A stretch of 64,000 nucleotides of DNA from an uncultured delta proteobacterium (lineage in GTDB: Bacteria; Myxococcota; Myxococcia; Myxococcales; Myxococcaceae), in assembly GCA_963771175.1 (NCBI GenBank), contig CAVYSY010000033.1, positions 320,001 through 384,000 of the forward strand, given 5' to 3'. The position numbers were made by a program, and so were the translations under genes. Position 1 is the first letter of the stretch, and each line of letters opens with the position of its first letter. The notes beneath the pieces were generated by a model. It was not told where the DNA came from and searched no databases. It worked only from the letters and a program-made list of their open reading frames with translations. This document shows, in pieces, positions 12,932 through 24,729 of the stretch.

Positions 12932-14384
12932 ATGACTTTCGAAGATCTGAAGCTCGCCGACACCCTGCTGCGCGCCGTGAAGGCCGAGGGCTACACCACG
13001 CCCACGCCCATCCAGCAGCAGGCCATTCCCCACGTGCTGGCCGGCAAGGACGTGCTCGGCTGCGCGCAGACGGGCACCGGCAAGACGGCGGCCTTCGCGC
13101 TGCCCATCCTGCAGCGGCTCTCCGTGGGCCGCCCGCCCCGCCCGCCCGCGGCCGCCCCATCCGCGCGCTCGTGCTCACCCCCACCCGCGAGCTGGCCGCG
13201 CAGATCGGCGAGAGCTTCCGCACCTACGGCGCGCCACACCGGCCTCACCTCCGCCGTCATCTTCGGCGGCGTGGGCCAGAACGCCGCAGGAGCAGTGCCC
13301 TGCGCCAGGGCGTGGACATGCTCGTGGCCACGCCCGGGCCGCCTGCTCGATCTCATGCAGCAGGGCTTCGTGTCCTACAAGTCGCTCGAGGTGTTCGTCC
13401 TCGACGAGGCCGACCGCATGCTGGACATGGGCTTCATCCACGACGTGAAGCGCGTCATCGCGGCGCTGCCCAAGCAGCGGCAGACGCTCTTCTTCTCGGC
13501 CACCATGCCGCCGGAGATCCAGGCGCTGGCCAACAGCATCCTGACGAATCCGGTGCGCGGTGGAGGTGACGCCCGTGGCCACCACGGCCGAGACCATCGA
13601 CCAGCGGCTGTACTTCGTGGAGAAGGAGCAGAAGCGCGGCCTGCTGGTGCACCTGCTGCAGAACGAGGCGCATCCAGCGGGCGCTCGTCTTCACGCGCAC
13701 CAAGCACGGCGCCAACCGCGTGGCCGAGCAGCTGGAGACGGCGGGCATCGGCGCCGACGCCATCCACGGCAACAAGAGCCAGAACGCGCGCGAGCGGGCG
13801 CTGGCGGACTTCAAGTCCGGCGCCTGCCGGGTGCTGGTGGCCACGGACATCGCCGCGCGCGGCATCGACATCGACGGCATCACGCCACGTCATCAACTTC
13901 GACCTGCCCAACGTCCCCGAGACGTACGTGCACCGCATCGGCCGCACGGGCCGGGCGGGCGCGGCGGGCATCGCCCTCTCGTTCTGCGACACCGAGGAGC
14001 GCGCGTACCTGAAGGACATCGAGCGCACCATCCGCCGGCGCGTGCCGGTGGTGGACGCCCATCCGCACCGCTCGGGCCAACCGGCGCCCTCGCCCACGTC
14101 GCTCGACGCCCCGGCCCAGGCCCAGCGGAGCCCTCGTCAGCCCCAGGGGCAGCCCCGTGCGCGAGCGGGGTGGAGGCAACGGTGGACAGCGCCGTCGGGG
14201 CGGCGGCGGTGGTCGCGGCGGCAACGCCGGGGCCTCCCGGAGCGCGGAGTCGGCGCGTTCCGGCCAGGGCAACCGCTCGGCCACCCAGCAGACCCGCCAG
14301 GGACCGCGTTCCCAGGGAGCGGCTCCGGCCCCGGCGGCAGCGCCCGCCGTTTCCCAGAGGCCTCGCGCGCCCAAGTGGCTGTAG
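12932..14384 (+). CDS. rhlE: DEAD-box RNA helicase (RhlE-like); several frameshifts, probably sequencing errors
   Basis: Q motif [37 protein letters not shown] and [12 protein letters not shown] are spread over three frames; Gly/Arg-rich tail. Confidence 0.85.
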
Positions 14385-14429
14385 AAAAGGGCCCGCGACG
14401 AGAACCTCCGTACTGCTTCCGAGATACAC

Positions 14430-16355
14430 GTGACCCTGCTTCGCGCCGCCGATGTCCAACTGTCCTTCGGCAGCCGCACCGTCTTCCAGGGCCTGACGCT
14501 CACCATTGAGGAGGGCGAGCGGGTGGGCCTGGTGGGGGTGAACGGCTCCGGCAAGTCCTCGCTGATGAAGATATTGGCGGGGGTGGCCCGTCCGGACGCG
14601 GGCGAGCTCCAGCTCCGCCGCGGCGCGCGCGTCACCTACCTGCCGCAGGAGCCCGAGTTCGCCCCGGGCGCCACGGTGGCCTCGGAGCTGAGCGTGGCCC
14701 AGGCGCCGCTGAAGGAGGCCCTCGCCGCGCACACGGAGCTGATCCGCAGGCTGGAGTCCATGCCGGCCGAGGCCCAGGGCAAGCCGCTGGAGCAGCTCGC
14801 GGCGCTGTCGGACCGCATCGAGCAGCTCGGCGGCTGGGACACGGAGCACCACGCCAAGACGCTGCTGGACCGGCTGGGCGTGAAGGACTGGGACCGGCCG
14901 GTGGCGGAGCTGTCCGGCGGCCTGCGCAAGCGCGTGGCCATCGCCCGCGCGCTGCTGATGCGGCCGGACCTGCTGATGCTGGACGAGCCCACCAACCACC
15001 TGGACGCGGACACGGTGGACTGGCTCGAGGACGAGCTGGACCAGCTCCCCGGCTCGCTGCTGCTGGTGACGCACGACCGCTACTTCCTCGACGACCTGGT
15101 GGACCGGATCGTGGAGATCCAGCCCGGCGAGGGCGTCATCTCGTACCCGGGCAACTACGAGGCCTACGTGGAGCAGAAGCTGGTGGCCCAGGAGAACGCC
15201 TCCCTCGCGCAGCACAAGCGCGAGCGGTGGATCGCCCAGGAAGTGGCGTGGCTGCGCAAGGGCCCGGAGGCGCGGCGCACCAAGAGCAAGGCGCGCATCG
15301 ACCGGGCGCGGAAGCTGATGGAGGAGAAGGGCTTCCAGCGGCCCAAGGTGGCGGGGCTGCAGGTGATGCAGGCGCCCCGGCTGGGCCACACCGTCATCGA
15401 GGCCGAGGGCGTGCACAAGTCCTACGGCGAGCGCGACGTGCTCAAGGGCGTGGACTTCCTGCTCCAGCGCGGCGAGCGCGTGGGCCTCGTCGGCCCCAAC
15501 GGCGTGGGCAAGACGACCTTCCTGCGGGTGCTGCTCGGCGAGCTGCCGCCGGACTCCGGCAAGGTGGTCATCGGGAAGAACACGAAGGTGGCCTACTACG
15601 ACCAGAAGCGCGCCTCGTTGGACCCGGAGCAGACGGTGTACGAGGCGGCCTCGCCGCGCGGGGAGGACTGGGTGGAGCTGGGCGACCAGCGGGTGGCGCT
15701 GCGCGACTACCTGGATGACCTGCTCTTCCCCGTGCCCATGCAGCGCATGAAGGTGAAGGCGCTGTCGGGCGGCGAGCGCAACCGGCTCCTGCTGGCGCGG
15801 CTCTTCCTGGAGGGCGCCAACGTGCTGGTGCTGGACGAGCCGACGAACGACCTGGACATCGTCACGCTGAACGTCCTCGAGGGGCTGCTGCTGGACTTCG
15901 CCGGCAGCGTGCTGCTGGTGACGCACGACCGGTACTTCCTCGACAAGGTGGCCACCTCCATCCTCTCCTTCGAGGGCGACGGCAAGGTGGTGCGGTACGA
16001 GGGCAACTTCGCGATGTACCGGCGGCTGAAGGAGCAGGCGAAGGCCGCCGCGACGCCCGCCCCCGCTCCGAAGAAGGCGGAGCCCACCCTGGTGGCGGCC
16101 GAGCCAAAGCAAGCGCGCAAGCCGGGCAAGCTCTCGTACAAGGAGCAGCGGGAGCTGGACGGGATGGAGGCGGCCATCGAGGCCGCGGAGACGCGCAAGG
16201 CCGAGCTGGAAGCCCAGCTCGTGGACCCGAGCGTCTACTCCAGCAGCGCCAAGGCAGCCGAAGTGCAGAAGGCGCTGGAGGAGACGGCGGTGGAGGTGGA
16301 GCGCCTCTACTCGCGCTGGCAGGAGCTGCAGAACCTCGCCGCCGGAGCCGCCTGA
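14430..16355 (+). CDS. uup: ABC-F family ATPase (Uup-like, C-terminal coiled coil)
   Basis: Two ABC domains ([37 protein letters not shown]) with no TM segments; C-terminal [11 protein letters not shown]. Confidence 0.88.
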   Translation: MTLLRAADVQLSFGSRTVFQGLTLTIEEGERVGLVGVNGSGKSSLMKILAGVARPDAGELQLRRGARVTYLPQEPEFAPGATVASELSVAQAPLKEALAAHTELIRRLESMPAEAQGKPLEQLAALSDRIEQLGGWDTEHHAKTLLDRLGVKDWDRPVAELSGGLRKRVAIARALLMRPDLLMLDEPTNHLDADTVDWLEDELDQLPGSLLLVTHDRYFLDDLVDRIVEIQPGEGVISYPGNYEAYVEQKLVAQENASLAQHKRERWIAQEVAWLRKGPEARRTKSKARIDRARKLMEEKGFQRPKVAGLQVMQAPRLGHTVIEAEGVHKSYGERDVLKGVDFLLQRGERVGLVGPNGVGKTTFLRVLLGELPPDSGKVVIGKNTKVAYYDQKRASLDPEQTVYEAASPRGEDWVELGDQRVALRDYLDDLLFPVPMQRMKVKALSGGERNRLLLARLFLEGANVLVLDEPTNDLDIVTLNVLEGLLLDFAGSVLLVTHDRYFLDKVATSILSFEGDGKVVRYEGNFAMYRRLKEQAKAAATPAPAPKKAEPTLVAAEPKQARKPGKLSYKEQRELDGMEAAIEAAETRKAELEAQLVDPSVYSSSAKAAEVQKALEETAVEVERLYSRWQELQNLAAGAA

Positions 16356-16387
16356 CGCTCCCGAGAACCCAACCACTGTGAATGCCC

Positions 16388-16420
16388 CCTCTCCCCTTGG
16401 GGAGAGGACTGGGCTGGGGG
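16388..16420. repeat. REP-like intergenic palindrome
   Basis: CCTCTCCCC-TT-GGGGAGAGG hairpin followed by ACTGGGCTGGGGG, between the two ABC-F genes. Confidence 0.55.
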
Positions 16421-16454
16421 ACTCCCCTGCCCTCCTGTATCCTGTAGAGGTCCC

Positions 16455-18078
16455 ATGATTCGTCTCGACAACATCGGCAAGCAGCACGGACAGCAGATCC
16501 TCTTCGTGGAAGCCACCGCCCAGCTCAACAAGGGCGAGAAGATTGGGCTGGTGGGCCCGAACGGAGCGGGAAAGTCGACCCTCTTCCGGATGGTCGTTCA
16601 GCGGGAGCACCCGGACGAGGGACAGGTGTCCGTCGATCGCGGCGTGACGATCGGCTACTTCGACCAGGACGTGGGCGAGATGTCCGGCCAGAGCGCGGTG
16701 GCCGCGGTGATGGACGGCGCCGGGCCGGTGTCCGAGGTGGCCGCGGAGCTCAAGCAGCTCGAGGCGGCCATGGCGGATCCGGACCGCATGGACGAGATGG
16801 ACAAGCTCGTCGAGCGCTTCGGCGTGGTGCAGGGGCGCTACGAGGAGCTGGGCGGGTACGCGCTGGAGGGACGGGCGCGGGAGATCCTCGCCGGCCTCGG
16901 CTTCTCCGAGGAGATGATGGACGGGGACGTGGGGGCCCTCTCGGGCGGGTGGAAGATGCGCGTGGCGCTCGCGCGCATCCTGCTGATGAGCCCGGACGTG
17001 ATGCTGCTGGACGAGCCCAGCAACCACCTGGACCTCGAGTCGCTCATCTGGCTGGAGAACTTCCTCAAGGGCTTCGAGGGCGCGGTGCTGATGACGAGCC
17101 ACGATCGCGAGTTCATGAACCGCATCGTGACGAAGATCATCGAGATCGACGGCGGCGAGCTGACGACGTACTCGGGCGACTACGAGTTCTACGAGCAGCA
17201 GCGGGCGCAGAACGAGAAGCAGCAGCAGGCGCAGTACGAGCGCCAGCAGGCCATGCTCGCCAAGGAGCTGAAGTTCATCGAGCGCTTCAAGGCGCGCGCC
17301 TCCCACGCGGCCCAGGTGCAGAGCCGGGTGAAGAAGCTGGAGAAGATCGAGAAGGTGGAGCCGCCCAAGCGTCGCGAGACGCTGGTCTTCGAGTTCCAGC
17401 CGGCGCCGCGCTCGGGCGACGACGTGGCGAAGCTGGAGCAGGTGGTGAAGGGCTACGGCAAGCGCCGCATCTACAACGGCCTGGACTTCCTCGTGCGACG
17501 CGGAGAGCGCTGGTGCGTGATGGGCGTGAACGGCGCGGGCAAGTCCACGCTGCTCAAGCTGATCGCCGGCGAGTCCAGTCCGGACGATGGGGCCGTGTCG
17601 CTCGGCGGCAGCGTGAAGATGGGCTACTTCGCCCAGCACGCCATGGAGCTGCTGAAGCCGGACCAGACCGTCTTCGACTCGCTGGTGGACAAGCTTCCCC
17701 CGCGCCTCGCAGGGCTCGCTGCGCGCGCTGGCCGGGTGCTTCGGCTTCTCGGGTGACGAGATCGAGAAGAAGTGCAAGGTCCTCTCCGGAGGCGAGAAGG
17801 CACGACTGGTACTGGCGCAGATGCTCTACGATCCGCCAAACTTCCTCGTGCTCGACGAGCCCACCAACCACCTGGACATGGCGACCAAGCAGATGCTCAT
17901 CGCGGCGCTGGCCAACTACGAGGGCACGATGCTCTTCGTGAGCCACGACCGGCACTTCCTGGGCGCGCTGTCCAACCGGGTGCTGGAGCTGACTCCCGAG
18001 GGCATCCACCAGTACGGTGGTGGCTACACGGAGTACGTGGCGCGCACGGGCCACGAGGCGCCTGGCCTGCGAAGCTGA
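16455..18078 (+). CDS. ABC-F family ATPase; frameshift near 17700
   Basis: Two ABC domains (GPNGAGKS, LSGGWKMR; GVNGAGKS, then LSGGEKAR and DEPTNHLD in the next frame). Confidence 0.88.
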
Positions 18079-18092
18079 CCCTGGAACAGCGA

Positions 18093-18959
18093 ATGACCTT
18101 GTTCAAACATCCCGAAGACCGCATCCCCGTCCTGCTGTTCTCGTTGGTGTTCGCGGCCGACCTGGCGATGTACTTCCTGGCGCGGAGCTGGTGGCTGCCC
18201 CTCCTGTGGTTCGGCGTGATGATCATCCCGAAGGGGTGGATCAGCGCGTGGAACCACCACCACCAGCACGTGGCGACATTCCGCTACGCCCTGCCCAACC
18301 GCCTCCTGGAGATCGTCTTCGGCTTCCAGACCGGGGTGACGTCCCACGCGTGGTTCCTGCATCACGTGGTGGGCCATCACCGCAACTACCTGGACCAGAC
18401 GAAGGACGAGTCCACCTGGAAGCGCCCCGATGGCACGACCATGGGCGAGATGGAGTACTCGCTCATGACGGCCCTCACGGCCTACCCGCGGGCCTTCCGC
18501 GTGGGGCGGGAGAAGCATCCCCAGGCGCTGCGCGTCTTCCTGGCCATGTGCGCACTGCATGTGGTGCTGCTCGGCGTGCTGTTCTGGCACAACTGGTACA
18601 ACGCGCTCTTCGTCTTCCTGCTGCCCATGTGCGTGTCGCTCTACGTGACCGCGTGGGCCACCTACTTCCACCACGTGGGGCTCGAGACGACGAAGCACGA
18701 GGAGGCCTCGTACAACATCCTGCACCCTGGCTATAACCTGATGACCGGCAACCTCGGCTACCACACCGCGCACCACACGAAGCACGGGTTGCACTGGTCG
18801 AAGCTGCCGGAGCTGCATGCGAAGATGGCGCGGGACATCCCCCCCACGCTCTACCGCCAGCCAGGCATTCCCTTCGTGTGGAGCGGCTCCGAGGCGAAGC
18901 TGGAGCTGAGCACCGAGGACGTGGAGGCGCTCGCCCAGCGGACCCAGGCGAGCACCTGA
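18093..18959 (+). CDS. Membrane fatty acid desaturase family protein
   Basis: His boxes HHHQH, HVVGHH and HTAHH, plus TM segments. Confidence 0.85.
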   Translation: MTLFKHPEDRIPVLLFSLVFAADLAMYFLARSWWLPLLWFGVMIIPKGWISAWNHHHQHVATFRYALPNRLLEIVFGFQTGVTSHAWFLHHVVGHHRNYLDQTKDESTWKRPDGTTMGEMEYSLMTALTAYPRAFRVGREKHPQALRVFLAMCALHVVLLGVLFWHNWYNALFVFLLPMCVSLYVTAWATYFHHVGLETTKHEEASYNILHPGYNLMTGNLGYHTAHHTKHGLHWSKLPELHAKMARDIPPTLYRQPGIPFVWSGSEAKLELSTEDVEALAQRTQAST

Positions 18960-18998
18960 TACATGCGGCGGAGCCGTCGGTGGGCTACAACCCTCCGC

Positions 18999-19723
18999 AT
19001 GCTCCGCCACACGTTCCTCGCCATCCTCGGCCTCACGTTGGCAGCCTGCGCCACGCAGCAGGGCAACACCCGTGAGGTGCTCCAGCGCGCCGACACCCGC
19101 TTCTTCGTCCGCGAGCAGTGCCAGCCCAAGGGCACTGCCTCGCTCGCCCGTGACCAGGTCACCGGGCTCGACGAGCTGCCCGGCTCCCTTCGCGACCGCG
19201 TCCTCTCCGACCTCCCCCTGGAAGCCATCGGGAGCAGGCCGTTCATGCAGTGCCAGGATGTCGCGGCCCGGCTCCTCGAGGACCGGCTGCACGCGCTCTG
19301 CTGGCCGGAAGCGCGCGTGACCTCGCAGGCTGCCCCCGCGACCAAGGCCCCCGCGACCAACGCCCCCGCCCAGCCCCGGCTGAACGTCCAGCTCGGGGCG
19401 CGCTACCAGATCGACGCCATCTGGGTCGTCCGGGCAAGAACACGAAGGTGTCCTCGGCAAGCGTCACCAAGGCGGCGAAGAGCGCGCTCCCCAAGGACAA
19501 GGCCTGCACGGCGAAAACGCTCGAGAACATCCGGTCGAGCGTCTCCGAGCTCGGGACGTTCCACCGGGTGCTGGTCGTGCCGGGCCCCCCTCTCGGGGAT
19601 CAGAAGAAGGTGCCCGTGGTCGTCGACATCAGCGAGAAGGCTCCGCCCCCTCCTCCGAAGGCGCAGGAGCCCGGCCAGGTGAAGAAGGAAGGGGCGGCGG
19701 CGGGAACACCCCGCTCGAAATGA
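18999..19723 (+). CDS. Hypothetical lipoprotein; frameshift near 19430
   Basis: Lipobox LAAC; the reading continues in the 19250-19723 frame. Confidence 0.55.
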
Positions 19724-19736
19724 GCCGCTCGCTCGG

Positions 19737-21080
19737 TCAAGGACTCCGGGGACAGGGCGGCGAGCTGGGGCAACGCCCCTCGGGGTCCCTGGGCGTCGTT
19801 TCCGTGCACTCCGCGATGCGGGCGAACGTATTCGTCCCCAGGAAGCTCACCCCCGAGGAGCCACTCCACCCCCGCAGGATGCCGTGGCCAGCGCTGTCCT
19901 CGATGCGCGAGTTGGCGATGAAGGGCGCCGTGGGCTCCTGGAAGACGAGAATGGCCGAGCTGACGTCGAATGAACCCGGCAGGTAGTTGCAGCCGTAGCT
20001 CGAGCATTGGCAGGCGCCGCCCGCGTAGCGCACCCATGCGGACTCCAGCCGGCTGCTCGGGTTCAGCCCGTCGAAGCGGATGCCCGCCCAGTCCCCCGCG
20101 GCCGGCAGGGCCAGAGCGGACGTGAAGACCACGGGGCGGGAGGCCGTCCCCGCGACGATGAGCGCGCTCCGGCCGTCATACACACGCAGCGTCGTCCGCG
20201 GCTCGAAGCGCAGCTCGGCACCGGCCTCGATGGTGAGGGTGGCCGCGGTATCGGTGTTGCCCACCTGGAGCCCCCCCACGCGGTAGGGCACGCCCAGGTC
20301 CCTCAAGGTGGCATTCCCGCCAAGAAAGAAGATGCTGGAGGACGCCACGGAGGGGCTGACGAAGATGGCATTGGCGCGGTTGCCCGTATAGGTGCCGGAG
20401 GGCAGCGTGCCCAGCGCGTTGGGGTTGACGGCCAACGGCTCCGGCCCACTGTCGCTGCCCGAATCACGGATGACCAGCGAGGAGGAGCCCTCGGCGAAGC
20501 CGGCCGTGCCATTGAGCACCACGCCCCGGGTGAGCGAGCCTTCGATGGTGACGTTGTCCACGAAGAGCGGGCGCGGCCCGGGAAGCTCCGCGCCAGCATT
20601 CACGCGCACGGTGGCCTCGCCGATGGAGGGATCTCCACCGCCCGATAGCACCGTCCACGCGAGCCGCGCCGAGCCGCCAGCGAAGATAAGGAGCTGGCCC
20701 CACGGCTTGCTCGCATCCAGGCGTTCGAAGCGAATCGGGCGCTCCCGCGTGCCCGAGGCCACGAGCGAGCCGCCGCCCTGAAGGGTGATGGAACGCGCCG
20801 GGCCCACGCGCACGATGGCACAGGGCTGTACCGTCACCGCGGCACGTACCAGCAGGTCCCCGGCGATGACATGAGGGCTGGAAGAGGACCAGGTCTCGGG
20901 TGCGGAGATGGTGCCCTGATGCTCGATGGGCGCCCCCGTGGGCGTGGAGCACCCGGCCTCGGGCTGCCCCGCGTCCGGGGTCCCCGACGGATCCCCCGGA
21001 TCGGAGCCCGAGGAACAACCCAACAAGGTGCCGGCCGTCAGCAGACCCATCAGCATGCATCGTCGAAATGAACCACTCAT
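19737..21080 (-). CDS. Lipoprotein with parallel beta-helix-like repeats
   Basis: Lipobox LLGC; repeated TLTIEAGAELRF / GTASRPVVFTS / GDWAGIRF motifs. Confidence 0.7.
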   Translation of the reverse strand: MSGSFRRCMLMGLLTAGTLLGCSSGSDPGDPSGTPDAGQPEAGCSTPTGAPIEHQGTISAPETWSSSSPHVIAGDLLVRAAVTVQPCAIVRVGPARSITLQGGGSLVASGTRERPIRFERLDASKPWGQLLIFAGGSARLAWTVLSGGGDPSIGEATVRVNAGAELPGPRPLFVDNVTIEGSLTRGVVLNGTAGFAEGSSSLVIRDSGSDSGPEPLAVNPNALGTLPSGTYTGNRANAIFVSPSVASSSIFFLGGNATLRDLGVPYRVGGLQVGNTDTAATLTIEAGAELRFEPRTTLRVYDGRSALIVAGTASRPVVFTSALALPAAGDWAGIRFDGLNPSSRLESAWVRYAGGACQCSSYGCNYLPGSFDVSSAILVFQEPTAPFIANSRIEDSAGHGILRGWSGSSGVSFLGTNTFARIAECTETTPRDPEGRCPSSPPCPRSP

Positions 21081-21310
21081 GGCGTCAGTCTCCAGGAGGG
21101 AAGATCAACTTCCCCGACCCTGACCATCGCCGCTTCGCACGGAAGTGCCAACGTCCAGGAAGCCGGTGATGAAACCCGAGGGACGTCAGTTCCACTGCTG
21201 CGCGGGGGCGACGAGCTGCTCGCGCAACATGGCCAGCGGCGTCGCCCAGTTGTCCTCCCACCGGAAGCTGGCGAGCTGCCGGGACTGGCTGCCGCTCGTG
21301 GGGGTTCGGG

Positions 21311-22117
21311 TCAGCGCTCACCGTACAGGACGGTGTTCCAGGCCATGAGCCGGACGCCGGGGATTCGGCCGAGGAGGTCGTCCATCCGTGACAGGGGCCG
21401 GATGACGTGTCCGTAGCGCTCCCCGTCGCGGATGACCTTCTTCCAGTAGCGGTCCTCGGACGGCGAGACGCGCTCGCCCAACCAGAAGTAGAGGAAGATA
21501 CCGAGCGAGGCGATCCAGAACTCGCGGTGCTCGGCCCGACTGAACTGGGTGAGGATCCACTGAACGTCCGCACGCTCCAGGGGGCGCTCGTCCTGGGTCC
21601 TCACGTCGGAGGCCAGCCACCGGTACACCCAGATGGCGGGGTTGTAGGCCAGCGGCTCGATGAAGGCGAAACGGCCTCCCGGCTTCAGCACGCGCCGCAT
21701 CTCCGGAATGACGGTCTTGATCTCCACGTGGTGGAGCACGCCGTTGCCGTAGACGATGTCGAACTCCCCGTCCGCGTAGGGAAGCCGCTCGGCGGGGCCA
21801 CAGAACGTCTTCACGTCGAGGCCCTGCGCCTTCGCCGCCTGCTCGAGCACGGCGAGCTGCCCGGGAGAGATGTCCACCGCGCGGACGGAGGCGCCACGCG
21901 AGGCGAAGTACAGGCTGGCCTCGCCCATCCCGGAGCCCAGGTCCAGCACCCGCCGGCCAGACAGGTCTCCGAAGTGGGAGAGGATGAAGCGGTTCTCGAG
22001 TGCCGTGGGGCTCTCGAAGGATTCGCGGACGAGGAGTGTCTCGTCGCGGGTGCTCTCGGCCCAACGGTCGTGGGCCTCGCGCTCACGCCGCTGTCGTTCG
22101 GTCAGTCTGGGATCCAT
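21311..22117 (-). CDS. Class I SAM-dependent methyltransferase
   Basis: VLDLGSGMG, LPYADGEFDIV and RVLKPGG. Confidence 0.85.
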   Translation of the reverse strand: MDPRLTERQRREREAHDRWAESTRDETLLVRESFESPTALENRFILSHFGDLSGRRVLDLGSGMGEASLYFASRGASVRAVDISPGQLAVLEQAAKAQGLDVKTFCGPAERLPYADGEFDIVYGNGVLHHVEIKTVIPEMRRVLKPGGRFAFIEPLAYNPAIWVYRWLASDVRTQDERPLERADVQWILTQFSRAEHREFWIASLGIFLYFWLGERVSPSEDRYWKKVIRDGERYGHVIRPLSRMDDLLGRIPGVRLMAWNTVLYGER

Positions 22118-23072
22118 GAGCCGCCTCCTTGGCGTTCGAGCCAACCTGGATGTCCTGCAACAGGTACAGCGGGCGGGCCTTCACCTCGTCGTAGATGCGG
22201 CCCAGGTACTCGCCCACGATGCCCAGACACAGCAGCTGCACGCCGCCCAGGAAGGTGATGGCCACCATGAGCGAGGCCCAGCCGGGGAGCGACTCGCCGG
22301 TGATCACCTTGAGGTACACGGCGTGCACGGCATAGGCGAACGAGAAGAGCGACACGAGAAAGCCGAAGCCGGTGGCGAGCCGCAGCGGGAGGATGGAGAA
22401 CGAAATGATGGCGTCCACCGCGAAGCGCAGCATCTTGGAGAACGGGTACTTCGTCTCCCCGGCGGCCCGGTTCGCCCGCTCGTAGGGCACCCCCACCTGC
22501 CGGAACCCCAGCCACGCCACCAGCCCCCGGACGAAGCGGTTGCGCTCGCGCACGCGCTCGAGGGCATCCACCACCGGCCGCGACATCAGGCGGAAGTCTC
22601 CCGTGTCCGCGGGGATGTCCACTGCGGTGAGCCGCCGGATGAGCCGGTAGAAGAGGGCCGCGGTTCCCCGCTTGAAGAGGCCCTCCCCCTCGCGGCGGGT
22701 GCGTACGCCGTAGACGACGTCGTTGCCCTGCCTCCACAACTCCAGCATCCGGGGGATGAGCTCGGGCGGATCCTGGAGGTCCGCGTCCAGCACCACCACG
22801 GCCTGGCCCCGCGCCTGCTCCAATCCGGCCGTCAGCGCGATCTGGTGGCCGAAGTTGCGCGACAGGCGCACGAGGCTGACGCGCTCGTCCGAGGCGCGCA
22901 GCCCCTGCATGATCTCCCAGGTCTTGTCGGAGCTCCCGTCGTCGATCAGCACCAGCTCGTAGGAATCCTCCGTCGTCGCCATCACCTGGGAGACACGGCG
23001 GTACAGCTCGGGGAGGACCTCCTCCTCGTTGAAGACGGGAACGACGATGCTGCACGTGGGAAGGGCGCTCAT
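22083..23072 (-). CDS. GT2 polyprenol-phosphate glycosyltransferase (GtrB/ArnC-like)
   Basis: VVPVFNEE, IDDGSSD, SRNFGHQ, LDADLQDPP and GDFRLM motifs, plus two C-terminal TMs. Confidence 0.9.
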   Translation of the reverse strand: MSALPTCSIVVPVFNEEEVLPELYRRVSQVMATTEDSYELVLIDDGSSDKTWEIMQGLRASDERVSLVRLSRNFGHQIALTAGLEQARGQAVVVLDADLQDPPELIPRMLELWRQGNDVVYGVRTRREGEGLFKRGTAALFYRLIRRLTAVDIPADTGDFRLMSRPVVDALERVRERNRFVRGLVAWLGFRQVGVPYERANRAAGETKYPFSKMLRFAVDAIISFSILPLRLATGFGFLVSLFSFAYAVHAVYLKVITGESLPGWASLMVAITFLGGVQLLCLGIVGEYLGRIYDEVKARPLYLLQDIQVGSNAKEAAHGSQTDRTTAA

Positions 23073-24581
23073 GGGGTGCGGGGCTCCCGCTGGTAGAGCC
23101 ACCACACGCCGCTCTGGGCGACCAGACGGACCGGCTCGGTGGCCGAGGCGAACAGGCGAGGTCCGGGGTCCTTCTGCGCCCGGAGCACGAAGTAGTCGTA
23201 GTCCCCGTCGAGTTCCCAGCGGAAGCGCTTGGGGTACCAGTACAGGTCTTTCGTCATGCGCGGCTTCTTGCCGGGCCGGAAGCGGACCAGCTGGGGGAAG
23301 AACTCCGCGAACGAGAACCCGGGCCGCCCCCCCTTCTGGACCTGGTACCAGGCGGGGAAGTGCACGAAGGAGGGCGACGGGATGAACGTGTACGGAGTCA
23401 CCAGGAGGAAGCCGAGGGAGAGGACCCGGCGACGAGGCTCCATGTGGGCGCTGATCTCATCGAAGCCCCGGGCATCGGAATCGAAGCTCTGGAAGCGCAG
23501 CGTGAGCACCGTCAGCCAGCCCAGCGTGGCGAGGACGAACCCCGTTCGGAGCACCCGGCGCCACGACTCGCGCGAGGAAGGCAGGAGGACCAGCAGCAGG
23601 GCCGGCAGCGCGAACACGGCGAAGCGCTCGTTGAGGAAGGAGGTACCGAAGGCCCGGTGCGGCGCCAGCAGGTGCACCAGCACCAGGGTCAGCGCGGCCA
23701 GCCAGCGCAGGGGCGCGCGCCTCGGCTTCGCCGACAGCACCAGGGCCAGCAGCAGCAGCCCCCCGACCACCGCCGCCTGCGTGTCCCCCCTGTTCCCCAG
23801 GAGCATCGCCGGCAGCGTGACCAGCCGGGTCAGGGGCCTGAAGTCCCACGTGGCCTCGGCGCGGACATCTCCCTCCGAGTCATGGGTGATGAGCGCCCAG
23901 ACTCCAGGAGAAGAGCACCCCCGGGAGGAAGGGGGCGAGCCGCACGAGCGCGCCGCGAACGCTCCGGCAGCCCTCGAGGACCAGGAAGCCCGCCGCCGCG
24001 CCCACCACCGCGAACACCAGCACGTGGCACAGGCACAACAACACGCCGATGGCCGCGAACGCCCCGCCCCGCCGCCACGTCGGCTCTCGCGCGAAGCCGA
24101 GGGCCGCCACGAGGAAGAGCATGCCCACCGGGAGCGCCACGAGGTAGTTGAGGAAGCCCCAGTAGAAGCTGAAGCCGAACGCCATCGGGTAGCCCAGGAG
24201 CGACCACCACCGGTCTCCGCCCGTCTCGCGCAGCAGCCGGTGCAACGAGAGGGGAAACGCCAGGACGGCCAGCGTCACCACCAACTTGATGGCCTGGAGG
24301 ATGGGGAGGACGCAGGCGGCGAGCCGCACCAGCGTGTACCCGCCCAGGTAGGGCGTGAACCAGTTCAGGACATAGTCCTGAGCGAGGCCCTGCGTCGGGT
24401 CATCGTAATGCTGCCACAGGTAGATCTGCGCAGCGTGCTGCGGCAGATCCACCATCGGCAGATAGCGCACTGTCCACAGGGTCACGAGCACGGCGAGCGC
24501 GCAGAGCGAGTGAGCCGTCCAGTACCGGCGCGTATCAGGGGCGTGGAGGGAATCCATCGGTCGTAGGGGGGACGAGTACAC
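23069..24581 (-). CDS. Polytopic membrane protein, putative GT-C-fold glycosyltransferase; frameshift near 23870
   Basis: Many TMs with an N-terminal loop LPMVDLPQH; split over two ORFs; stop overlaps the GT2 start (ATGA). Confidence 0.55.
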
Positions 24582-24729
24582 ACCGGACCGTCTCCCGGGT
24601 CACGAGATACCTGGGTGCGGCGAATTGCCTGCCAGGTCCCTCCCAAGACGGGCATGAGCACGAACGAGGCCCCGGCTACCCGGAACGCGGAGCGAGGGGC
24701 CCTCGGGTCCCCCACCCGGAGCCCACGCC

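Noticed and set aside
12932..14384. Programmed frameshifting or true pseudogenisation of rhlE
   Set aside because: There are several scattered indels with no obvious slippery sites; sequencing error is more parsimonious.
13893..17777. Very long antisense ORFs (also 26200-29496, 44777-47758, 49508-53056, 10652-13033)
   Set aside because: These are shadow frames of real high-GC genes on the opposite strand and have no motifs.
17772..18959. Extended desaturase ORF or ABC-F fusion
   Set aside because: The upstream part is an off-frame overlap with the ABC-F end; the real start is 18093.
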